Origin: Candidatus Nanosyncoccus sp.
GTDB taxonomy: Bacteria > Patescibacteriota > Saccharimonadia > Saccharimonadales > Saccharimonadaceae
Direction: 5' to 3'
Length of the DNA: 64,000 nt
Assembly: GCA_045603565.1 (NCBI GenBank)
Contig: JAZUML010000003.1
Coordinates: forward strand, 13,818-77,817
The translations under genes and the position numbers were made by a program. Positions 1-8,556 of the stretch are shown piece by piece. How positions within the stretch are numbered: the stretch's first letter is position 1; each line of letters opens with the position of its first letter. The notes beneath the pieces were generated by a model. That model worked only from the letters and a program-made list of their open reading frames with translations. It did no database searches and was not told the DNA's origin.

Positions 1-216
1 TGCTATTATCCCACTAGGCTCAGGTATTACACCACCGACGGTCAATGCCACACCTATGAGATAAGAGGGAAAAACGACCTAGACCTCTTCTTCCATAAGC
101 TTTTGGAAGATTGGGACCGTCTAGTCCTACCCAATCCCGAGGACTACCTCGGATGCGGATACTACTATGACGACGTCGAAGTCTTAATAGTAGATTCGCT
201 CAACTGGATTGCGTAG
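1..216 (+). CDS. 3' part of a hypothetical protein (runs off the window start)
   Basis: Open frame from base 1 (CYYPTRLRYYTTDG...SLNWIA) to TAG at 214-216; no family recognised. Confidence 0.5.
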   Translation, partial: CYYPTRLRYYTTDGQCHTYEIRGKNDLDLFFHKLLEDWDRLVLPNPEDYLGCGYYYDDVEVLIVDSLNWIA

Positions 217-361
217 CTGTCTGTAGTGGAAATTGGGATGTGCATCGGTAAGGAGAGAAATGAGAATACCGATGAGAGAAAAGAGAATTTTAGTTTACAA
301 AGCAAAGCCAAATCTATGTAATGTAGCTAAAATCTGGTGTACATCCTTCTTTTCTGGGGAC

Positions 362-385
362 AGCCCGCCAAGCGGGCTTTTTCTT
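362..385 (+). terminator. Intrinsic terminator
   Basis: AGCCCGC-CAA-GCGGGCT stem followed by TTTTCTT. Confidence 0.75.
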
Positions 386-431
386 ACCCAAAATATGTTA
401 TTATAAGAATAAGCATAATGAGGAGAACAAA

Positions 432-1331
432 ATGGAACCAAGCGCAGAACAGGCGCCAGCCCCACAAGGCGAAGCTAATATTCAAACCCCAATCTCGCCA
501 GAGCCAATAGAGCCGGTAAAATCAAAAAACACCAAAACCCTTACCTGGATTTTTGGCATTTTAGCAGTCATCGCTCTCGTCGCCACCGGAGTTTTTGCCT
601 ACCTCTATTTCACAAGTCAACCCCAACCAACGCCAACCAGTGATACGCCAACCACTATAATCGAACCCACCGACGATGTTCAGGCATCATCTATCCCTAC
701 CGCAGCGGAAGTTGCACAACTCTTAGAAGACAAATATGATTTTAGTGCAGAAGAAAGATATTTCTGTATTGGAGCACGAGACATAGTCTGTGGCATTAAT
801 AATTTTGATACTGATAAAAAATTACAATTTATTATCGGACATGCACCAGAGACCTTATTTACTAATGAAAGATATGTTGATGTGTCGTACATAAGAAACA
901 TAAAATACGACGATTTAAATAAATTATATAACGACTATTTCGGTTCACTAGAGAATATCAATAAAGAAGATCACGACTTTGAAAATAGTTATTTGATTGG
1001 TATGAAATATCTATCAGAGAGTGACAGTTTTGATATTCAATTTAAAGACGGGCTCGGTGGGACTACAACCGTAAGTGTATTTAATAAAGTTGTGGAAACT
1101 AATGAGAGTGAGAATGGTTTTGTGGCAACTATTATATCAGTGACCATCAATAATGTCGTCAGTTCTACTGAGGAACCATTTTCAGGAAATTCGGTTGATG
1201 GGCAAAAGCTGTATCAGATGGGGATTCCGTCTGAAGATGTAGCTGAAATTCAAGAAAGTCTTTCTGCTTATCACTTTAATTTTCTTGAAGAGAACGGTGA
1301 GCATAAGTTAATTTCAATCGAAAAACTCTAG
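432..1331 (+). CDS. Hypothetical membrane-anchored secreted protein
   Basis: AGGAG RBS; Pro/Glu-rich N-terminus, one TM helix (WIFGILAVIALVATGVFAYLYF), Pro/Thr linker, acidic extracellular domain. Confidence 0.75.
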   Translation: MEPSAEQAPAPQGEANIQTPISPEPIEPVKSKNTKTLTWIFGILAVIALVATGVFAYLYFTSQPQPTPTSDTPTTIIEPTDDVQASSIPTAAEVAQLLEDKYDFSAEERYFCIGARDIVCGINNFDTDKKLQFIIGHAPETLFTNERYVDVSYIRNIKYDDLNKLYNDYFGSLENINKEDHDFENSYLIGMKYLSESDSFDIQFKDGLGGTTTVSVFNKVVETNESENGFVATIISVTINNVVSSTEEPFSGNSVDGQKLYQMGIPSEDVAEIQESLSAYHFNFLEENGEHKLISIEKL

Positions 1332-2464
1332 TCTTCAATCGATATTCTCGGGTAAATATTAAGGGAGTATGGGTCGGTCGGCTCTACGCCGGACTCAATC
1401 TCGAAATAGCACGCTGCGGATACCATCGCCCCGTTATCACCCGAGAGCGAAGGAGCAGGGAAATACGCATCGGGCAAGGCTTTTCTTAGTTCTTCGTTTG
1501 CGCTCACTCCACCAGCGACGACAATAGACTTCACGTCTGGATACATTTCGCACGCTTTATCTAGTTTTTCAATCAAAATCTCAACTGCAGTCTTTTGGAA
1601 CGATGCCGCAAAATCACAGACTTGCTGTTCGCTTAGCAGTTCTTTCAATTTATGCGACGGGTACGATATTGGCACTCCCACCTCTTTTTGTACAGCCCGA
1701 AGAACCGCAGTTTTTAGTCCGGAAAACGAAAAATCCAGCCCTTCTACCTTTGGGTGTGGTAATTTGTATTTCGCATCGTTACCTCCTAGAGCTGCTTTTG
1801 CAATCGATGGTCCTCCCGGATATGGCAACCCCAAAATTTTCGCCACCTTATCAAAGCACTCCCCTACCGCATCATCTCTTGTCGTCCCAATAATCTCAAA
1901 CTGATTGTGTTCCCGCATATACAAAATCTGTGTATGTCCCCCACTTACTACAAGTGCAAGTAGTGGAAATGATGGATGGCAATCAGAAATAACACTTTCG
2001 AGACCGTCCGCGACTAACGAGGAGCGGATTGAGCGAGCTCGCCCCGTAACGACGGGCGAGAGCGAGCGTGTCGAGGAAGTGTTGTTTTGATTGCCACCAC
2101 CAAGCCAATTTGCATACACATGCGATTTCAAATGATGCACCGCATATAGTGGTTTATTGTGTAAGATCGCCAGAGTCCTCGCCGTCAGTGTTCCAATCAA
2201 GAGGGAACCAAGTAACCCCGGCGCATGCGTCACCGCAATCGCGTCAATATCATCCCAACCACAACCCGCATCAGCCAAAGCCTTATCAATTACCGGCATC
2301 ATCGCCTCGAGATGACTCCTCGCTGCTACTTCAGGTATCACTCCCCCATATTCTGCAAAAATATCAATTTGGGAAACCACGACATTAGACAAAATCTCCG
2401 CCCCATTATCGACCACGGCCGCCGCTGTTTCGTCACAACTTGTCTCTATCCCCATAATCTTCAT
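1328..2464 (-). CDS. tsaD: tRNA N6-adenosine threonylcarbamoyltransferase TsaD, with a ~40-aa in-frame palindromic insertion
   Basis: GIETSCDETAAAV, GGVIPEVAARSH, HHLKSH metal motif, VSGGHT, DDAVGECFDK, FSFSGLKTA, DNGAMV. Confidence 0.96.
   Translation of the reverse strand: MKIMGIETSCDETAAAVVDNGAEILSNVVVSQIDIFAEYGGVIPEVAARSHLEAMMPVIDKALADAGCGWDDIDAIAVTHAPGLLGSLLIGTLTARTLAILHNKPLYAVHHLKSHVYANWLGGGNQNNTSSTRSLSPVVTGRARSIRSSLVADGLESVISDCHPSFPLLALVVSGGHTQILYMREHNQFEIIGTTRDDAVGECFDKVAKILGLPYPGGPSIAKAALGGNDAKYKLPHPKVEGLDFSFSGLKTAVLRAVQKEVGVPISYPSHKLKELLSEQQVCDFAASFQKTAVEILIEKLDKACEMYPDVKSIVVAGGVSANEELRKALPDAYFPAPSLSGDNGAMVSAACYFEIESGVEPTDPYSLNIYPRISIED
1977..2096. repeat. Family A palindromic element, in frame within tsaD (120 bp)
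   Basis: Arms 1977-2001 and 2071-2096 are imperfect inverted repeats; core 2007-2058 matches 23050-23101 at 42/52 nt ungapped. Confidence 0.9.
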
Positions 2465-2491
2465 AGCTTAATTATATCACAAAATGAATAA

Positions 2492-2923
2492 TTATTCATG
2501 ATGATATTTCCCGCCTCGGGCAATTTCTTGCGCACGATACGTCTGTTCGGTCACCAATAATCTAGCAATCATATGCGGAAAAACCAATCGCGAAAAGCTC
2601 CACACGAAATCAGCGCGTTTTCTTACTTCTTCAGAGAAACCATAAGCTCCTCCAATTAGAATCACCACTTCGCGTGAGTCCAAAAATACTTTTTCCAACC
2701 TCTTAGAATATTCATCTGATGATATATTTTCGCCTCTCTCGTCGCAACAGATTACATACTCTCGGTGTGAAAATGGCCAGTCTGCCAAAAACCGCATCAG
2801 CTTTTCTTCATCCATCAATTGCCACGTAATATCAAACGGTTTCCGTAGTCTTTTTTCATATTCCACACAGGCTTCTGTACACCATGCGGTACTTTTCTTT
2901 CCACCAGCTATTATCTTAATCAT
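2492..2923 (-). CDS. rlmH: 23S rRNA pseudouridine-1915 N3-methyltransferase RlmH
   Basis: SPOUT motifs CDERGENISS, ILIGGAYGFS, SFSRLVFPHMIARLLVTEQTYRAQEI..GGKYHH; start moved to MIKIIAGGK. Confidence 0.92.
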   Translation of the reverse strand: MIKIIAGGKKSTAWCTEACVEYEKRLRKPFDITWQLMDEEKLMRFLADWPFSHREYVICCDERGENISSDEYSKRLEKVFLDSREVVILIGGAYGFSEEVRKRADFVWSFSRLVFPHMIARLLVTEQTYRAQEIARGGKYHHE

Positions 2924-3018
2924 GCCAAAATTATACCACAAAAAAGGTAACCAAAATTCAGATAAAGAATAGGTAGCCATTCACAAAAAACCCAATCCGT
3001 GATAAAATCTATTCCAGT

Positions 3019-3093
3019 TGGGATGTCGCCAAGTGGTAAGGCAACGGGTTTTGGTCCCGTCATTCGCAGGTTCGAATCCTGCCATCCCAGCCA
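3019..3093 (+). tRNA. tRNA-Gln(TTG)
   Basis: Cloverleaf TGGGATG/CATCCCA, anticodon arm ACGGG-TT TTG GT-CCCGT, T-loop TTCGAAT, encoded CCA. Confidence 0.96.
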
Positions 3094-3154
3094 GAAAAGA
3101 AAATGAGAGAGTTTACTCTCTTATTTTGTTTTTTGCGGATGGCAAAGGATAGCC

Positions 3155-3173
3155 AATCCTGCCATCCCAGCCA
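3155..3173 (+). repeat. 19-bp direct duplication of the tRNA-Gln 3' end
   Basis: AATCCTGCCATCCCAGCCA identical to 3075-3093. Confidence 0.9.
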
Positions 3174-3206
3174 TTTTTGATTCCCCTTGTGTTTTTCCTA
3201 AAAGTG

Positions 3207-3215
3207 TGCTATAAT
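3207..3215 (+). promoter_or_regulatory. Extended -10 promoter (TGnTATAAT) of ftsK, leaderless geometry
   Basis: TGCTATAAT ends 7 nt before the ATG at 3223; no SD. Confidence 0.65.
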
Positions 3216-3222
3216 AAAAGGC

Positions 3223-5415
3223 ATGGCTACCAAAAAGCGAAAATCCACAAAAAAATCAACCAAACGAGCCAAAAAAGAAGCTCCTGTTGAACATGAGCTT
3301 CCCGGTGGTTTTTGGCGCCAAGTAATGGCGGTCGTCATGATCGCACTAGCCCTCTTTTTCGTTGTCACTTGGTTTGGCCAAGGTGGTTCAGTCTTAAATG
3401 CAGTTCACAAATTTATCCTTAGTGGCCTCGGTTTTGCAACTTATTTTATTCCTGCCCTTTTAGTCTATTTAGCTGTTCGAATTTTCCGCAGCGACGACAA
3501 TCGTGTAGCAGCGCCAGTTTACGTCGCTTCAATTTTAATGATTGTTTGGCTTTCAGGGATTGCTGCTATTTGGAAAGCTGGCGGCGTAGTCGGCGAATGG
3601 CTCAACTCTATTTTTACCAATTTTCTAAGCCAAGGCGTTGTCATTTTTATCTACATTGTTCTAATTTTTATCACCACCGCCTTTATTCTACAACTTTCGC
3701 CGGTTACATTTTTTAAGGGCACCAAAAACATTGCCAAACGCAACAAAAAACTTAGTGAAGAATCCACCAAAAAAGACAAAAAACTTGGCCAGCTCGAAAT
3801 CAAAGTTAATTCTGGTGTCAGCACATTAGAAACTTCACCCGCTACCCCCAAAAAGGCCACAGCAAAAACCGAGCCAGTCAAACCACAAGAAGAAAAAGCC
3901 CTGGTATCAGTCTCCGATCCGAACTGGAAAATGCCTAGCACCAACCTTCTTTCCAAAAAACAATCTCCAGCAGACGCCGGCAATATTCAACAAAATGCCT
4001 TCATTATCAAGAACACATTTGCCGAATTCGGCATCGATGTTGAGATGGAGGGCGCCAACGTTGGTCCGCGTGTCACTCAATATACTCTTCGCGCACCAGG
4101 CGGTGTCAATCTCGCCAAAATTGCAGCTCGCGACAAGGAGCTTGCCTACAAACTTTCAGCCACAAGCGTCCGCATCGAAGCGCCAATTCCTGGCACTCAA
4201 CTTATCGGCGTAGAGGTTCCAAACACTCGTTCTGCTTCTGTTCCGCTTCGTGGTATTATTGAATCCGAAGAATGGAAAAAATCCAACGGCCCACTTACCT
4301 TTGCTGTAGGTAAAGATATCTCCGGCAAACCTGTGGTTGCAGATCTTGCTGACATGCGCCATCTTCTCATTGCGGGTACCACCGGTTCTGGTAAATCCGT
4401 CATGACCAATACACTGATTATGTCATTGCTTTATCGTAATGCGCCTTCCGATATGCGTCTAATCATCGTCGATCCAAAACAGGTAGAAATGGTAGCATAC
4501 AACAACATCCCTCACCTCCTCACTCCGGTCATTACTGATACATCCAAAGCCCTATCTGCCATGAAATGGGCTGCCGGCGAAATGGATCGCCGCTACAAAT
4601 TAATGGCCGAAGAGCACGTCAAAAAAATCTCCGACTACAACAAAAAAATGGCCAAAAAAGCCTCCAGTGATGACAAACCAGAAGATTCCGACGAACAAAA
4701 CGGCAAAATGCCATATATCGTTATCGTTATTGATGAAATGTCTGACCTTATGATGCAGGCAGGCAAAGAGCTAGAGCCTCTTATCGTGCGTATCGCTCAA
4801 CTTGGTCGTGCCGCTGGTATGCACCTCGTACTAGCCACCCAGAAGCCAGTAGTTAAAGTCATCACCGGCCTCATCAAAGGAAACATCCCATCTCGTATCG
4901 CTTTCCGCGTCCTTACCTCTATGGAGTCGCGTATCATTTTAGATCTATCTGGCGCCGAAAAACTTCTCGGTCAAGGCGACATGTTGCTCTCTACCGAAGA
5001 AACTCAAAACGGCCCCGAACGTATCCAGGGCGCCTTTACACCAGACGAAGACATCGACAAAGTCACGTCTTTCTTGCGTGCTCAACGCCCACCGCAATAC
5101 AACGATGAAATACTCGCGCAACAAGTCGCTATCAAGGGTATGGGTGGTAGCGCCGGTTTAGACGGCATGGACGGGCTCGGTCGTAAGTTTGACCCCCAAG
5201 ACCCTCTAGTACGAAAAGCTGTCGAAATCTGTCTAAACAAAGGCAAATTCTCTACCTCATTACTTCAAACCTACCTTAGCAAATCCCACGGATTCGTCTC
5301 TGGCCTTGGCATCTGGCTTGAAGAAATCGGTGCCATCGGTCCAGCTAACGGCAACAAACCTCGCGAGTTACTTATTACATCTATGGAAGAGTTTGACGCA
5401 TTAGTCAACGTATGA
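3223..5415 (+). CDS. ftsK: DNA translocase FtsK/SpoIIIE
   Basis: N-terminal TM region; HLLIAGTTGSGKS Walker A, IVIDEMSDLM Walker B, RAAGMHLVLATQKP, GAEKLLGQGDML. Confidence 0.96.
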   Translation: MATKKRKSTKKSTKRAKKEAPVEHELPGGFWRQVMAVVMIALALFFVVTWFGQGGSVLNAVHKFILSGLGFATYFIPALLVYLAVRIFRSDDNRVAAPVYVASILMIVWLSGIAAIWKAGGVVGEWLNSIFTNFLSQGVVIFIYIVLIFITTAFILQLSPVTFFKGTKNIAKRNKKLSEESTKKDKKLGQLEIKVNSGVSTLETSPATPKKATAKTEPVKPQEEKALVSVSDPNWKMPSTNLLSKKQSPADAGNIQQNAFIIKNTFAEFGIDVEMEGANVGPRVTQYTLRAPGGVNLAKIAARDKELAYKLSATSVRIEAPIPGTQLIGVEVPNTRSASVPLRGIIESEEWKKSNGPLTFAVGKDISGKPVVADLADMRHLLIAGTTGSGKSVMTNTLIMSLLYRNAPSDMRLIIVDPKQVEMVAYNNIPHLLTPVITDTSKALSAMKWAAGEMDRRYKLMAEEHVKKISDYNKKMAKKASSDDKPEDSDEQNGKMPYIVIVIDEMSDLMMQAGKELEPLIVRIAQLGRAAGMHLVLATQKPVVKVITGLIKGNIPSRIAFRVLTSMESRIILDLSGAEKLLGQGDMLLSTEETQNGPERIQGAFTPDEDIDKVTSFLRAQRPPQYNDEILAQQVAIKGMGGSAGLDGMDGLGRKFDPQDPLVRKAVEICLNKGKFSTSLLQTYLSKSHGFVSGLGIWLEEIGAIGPANGNKPRELLITSMEEFDALVNV

Positions 5416-5429
5416 TAACATAAAACCAT

Positions 5430-6137
5430 ATGCAGGATGGGAGTGTCTCGCCACTAAAGGCTTTTTTCAGGAACAAATGGGTTCGAATCATTTTGATTAT
5501 TGATATTATCGCTTTTCTTGTTGTTATCGGTATCATCATTATGAATTCCACCAAAGTATCCACAATCAATTTCAATATTGCGCCAGTAGATGCTACTATT
5601 TCCGTCAACGGTAATACTAGCTACACCAATGGCCAATACGCTATTACGCCCGGCTCTTACGAGGTTGTAGTTTCTCATGAGGGTCTCGAAACCAAAACCT
5701 TCAATATTAATATAGAACCACACTATGTTGTTACCCTCACCACCTTCCTCAAAGGTACCGAAAACAGCTTTGGATTCTACGAACTTAACGCCAACTACGA
5801 ATCTTACGAAAAACTTAAAGCAATCGCCTCAAAAGACAACAATCTCACTACCGACCAAGACGCCTCCGCCGAGCAATTCATATCCGATTCTGAGCATAAA
5901 CTATCTATCGTAAACGTCCTCCCAATCAAGGGATATGTCTATGCGGATCCAAGCGTAGGCGCATCCACGGCTGGGTTTGCGATTCGTGACGGGAAAAGCC
6001 GAAGAGACTGCGAGAAAATTGCCTGTCTTCTAGTAAATTATTACGGAGAAGGTTACGAAGAGACAGTGGCAGAAAAAATAAAAGCAGCAGGGTACAACCC
6101 AGCAGATTATCAACTTCTCTACGAAAGGTACAAATAA
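5430..6137 (+). CDS. Membrane-anchored protein with a PEGA-like domain
   Basis: N-terminal TM helix then DATISVNG...ITPGSYEVVVSHEG PEGA-like strand pattern. Confidence 0.7.
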   Translation: MQDGSVSPLKAFFRNKWVRIILIIDIIAFLVVIGIIIMNSTKVSTINFNIAPVDATISVNGNTSYTNGQYAITPGSYEVVVSHEGLETKTFNINIEPHYVVTLTTFLKGTENSFGFYELNANYESYEKLKAIASKDNNLTTDQDASAEQFISDSEHKLSIVNVLPIKGYVYADPSVGASTAGFAIRDGKSRRDCEKIACLLVNYYGEGYEETVAEKIKAAGYNPADYQLLYERYK

Positions 6138-8554
6138 TGCGACGTACAATGCTTAAACCATTTGTCCAACCATTCATGATTTGCGCTTTCGCCTCATTGT
6201 CTTGTCTCTTTTTACTAAACTATCCTTGTTTTGCAAAGGATTTTTCTAGTAACGCAGCCCAAAAAATGCGCGGCATGACGCAACAAATGTTAGATTCTTT
6301 TTCGCAAAACTATATCGAAATCCACGATCCGACCGAATGTATAAGCACAGGAGGAGTCGGTTCAGATACTTGCTTTAAAGTAGACAGCAATATAGATGTA
6401 TATAGTTCATGGTATCCAGAAGGGTGTCTGAGTAATTGTATAAGCGGAAGTTATGCTCATAATGCGTATGACGACGCGAATCCCTTCCTTCGGGGCGATA
6501 CTCAAACCGACGGAGATTTCGGAGACATGCAATATATCTATGCAGAAAACTACGACATTGATTATGAAGTCTGGCCAACAAAATATACACCAAACGGAGG
6601 AAATAGCACACGAAAGTATTATTGGATAGTCTTACCTACCGAAGCGTATTCGAACGGGGCTGGAGAGACCTATGTTGCAACCTTCGAAAACCTGAGCGAA
6701 CCAGTTTATTTCATCACCTACGATACGCACCAATGCGGACATCAGAGTGAAGATTATTGTGGCCAAGCAAGCGCAAATCCAGATGGAGTCGAAATTGGTG
6801 ATCAATTTTTTGGGGCCTTCACGAATAACGGCGGAAATTACACAAAGGTAGCAGAAATTGCTGGTAAGCTAACGTCTTTTTGTCGAATTAATGGTAAGGG
6901 CGAAGTTACAGCAAGCGCAAACAGTAGTAACGGAACCGTGGTAGGCGGAGGCTCTTCCGAATCATCTGCTACGCCTCCATCCGGCGATGAAGTTACTTGG
7001 ATTGGAGATTCCTATTCTGTAGAAGCAAGATCGATTATCGGAGCAAAACTCTCAGGAATATCATTTGGTGGGACAGTAGAAACTTCAAGTTCATATATAC
7101 AATCAGACAAAGGTGTAAGCGATAGGTATGGTGGTGGGGACAGTAATCCCCCGGCCCTTACTATATTGAAAAGAATCGTAGATGAAGGTAATCTAAAACC
7201 GTATTTAGTAATGGCCGTAGGTACTAATGCCGGATGGACGGATGACGAAGTGAATCAGTTTAAAACCATCATATCTTCCAATCCAGACACCAAAGTAGTA
7301 TTCGTAACGGCAAAAGCCAAAGCCCATCTAGCATCCGACGATAATGGGACTAACCAGCGCCTCAAAGAATTAGCAGACAGCGACAATAATTATTTCCTAG
7401 CCGACTGGGCTGCTGTTTATGATGCTAGCTATTATGCCGAAAATGATACTCATCCGACCGCAAATGGTGGCTACGAAAAATGGGTCGACACAATTGTTAG
7501 CGCATTAACTAGCGCCGCTAGTAGCGACTGTTCAAGCGGTGAAGGAAACCAAACTATAGTGGACACCGCGCTTAAATTAGCCTGGGACGACAACAGTCAT
7601 TATAGTGTCACAAAACCAGAATTTGCAGAAGCTCAAGCAGAACTTGGCGACGTTGGATTAAATCCATTAGACTGTGGCATATATGTTTCGGCAGTAATAC
7701 GTTATGCAGGAATAGATCCAGATTACCCAAAAAGCTACACCATGAATTTACTAGAACATATGGCCTCCTCCGATTTATGGGAAGAAATCGACAACAATTA
7801 TAATGAAGATAATTTACAACCAGGAGACGTCTTCGTTAACCACAATTACGCTACTAATGGGGGTCACATCTTTATCTATCTAGGTGACGGAAGAATCGCT
7901 CAAGCTAACCTCAACACCTATACCGGCAAAGCTACAGAAAGTGACCTAGTATACTTCACTGATAGCAGAGGAGATTACAGGATTTTCCGTGCCAAAAACA
8001 ATTCCATTAAAAGCGACCTATGTAACTACTGCGCAGTAGAAGAGAGCAACACGACTGGGGATCCACTTTCGGACGACCAAGCCGATAAACTGGCCAACAA
8101 CTACAACAACAATACCGATAATTGGGATCAACGGGCGGGGAAAAACCTCTTTTGTCAGGGCGGAGAGTGCGCTTCCAAATATGCTAACTGTTCATTGTTC
8201 TCAGCATTTTTCGTAGAAATGTTTACCGATATAGGCGAAAACCAAAACTGGAGCGGTATGTATGGCGGCAATGTCGTCAATAAACTCAGCGAATATGGAT
8301 TTAGAACAGGAAGCGAACCAGAGGCTTTCTCCGTCTTTTCGTGCGGAGCTACGAATTGGGGACATACAGGTGTAGTAGTTAGGGTAGATGGAGACACCAT
8401 CACTACGGTAGAGGCAGGATACCCAAGCCAAATTGCACAAAGAAACATCAACTCCTTTAACACCTGCTCCTGGGGAGGTGGATCAACTATGTCATACGCG
8501 TATTTAAACGATAGATTAGATTATAGTAAACTAATGGATTTTATAAGTAAATAA
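6137..8554 (+). CDS. Secreted multidomain cell-wall hydrolase (SGNH + NlpC/P60 + CHAP)
   Basis: Signal peptide; GDSYS/GTN/DTHP SGNH blocks; LDCGIYVS...GDVFV...GHIFIY (NlpC/P60); NCSLF...WGHTGVV...TVEAG (CHAP). Confidence 0.75.
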   Translation: MRRTMLKPFVQPFMICAFASLSCLFLLNYPCFAKDFSSNAAQKMRGMTQQMLDSFSQNYIEIHDPTECISTGGVGSDTCFKVDSNIDVYSSWYPEGCLSNCISGSYAHNAYDDANPFLRGDTQTDGDFGDMQYIYAENYDIDYEVWPTKYTPNGGNSTRKYYWIVLPTEAYSNGAGETYVATFENLSEPVYFITYDTHQCGHQSEDYCGQASANPDGVEIGDQFFGAFTNNGGNYTKVAEIAGKLTSFCRINGKGEVTASANSSNGTVVGGGSSESSATPPSGDEVTWIGDSYSVEARSIIGAKLSGISFGGTVETSSSYIQSDKGVSDRYGGGDSNPPALTILKRIVDEGNLKPYLVMAVGTNAGWTDDEVNQFKTIISSNPDTKVVFVTAKAKAHLASDDNGTNQRLKELADSDNNYFLADWAAVYDASYYAENDTHPTANGGYEKWVDTIVSALTSAASSDCSSGEGNQTIVDTALKLAWDDNSHYSVTKPEFAEAQAELGDVGLNPLDCGIYVSAVIRYAGIDPDYPKSYTMNLLEHMASSDLWEEIDNNYNEDNLQPGDVFVNHNYATNGGHIFIYLGDGRIAQANLNTYTGKATESDLVYFTDSRGDYRIFRAKNNSIKSDLCNYCAVEESNTTGDPLSDDQADKLANNYNNNTDNWDQRAGKNLFCQGGECASKYANCSLFSAFFVEMFTDIGENQNWSGMYGGNVVNKLSEYGFRTGSEPEAFSVFSCGATNWGHTGVVVRVDGDTITTVEAGYPSQIAQRNINSFNTCSWGGGSTMSYAYLNDRLDYSKLMDFISK

Positions 8555-8556
8555 TT

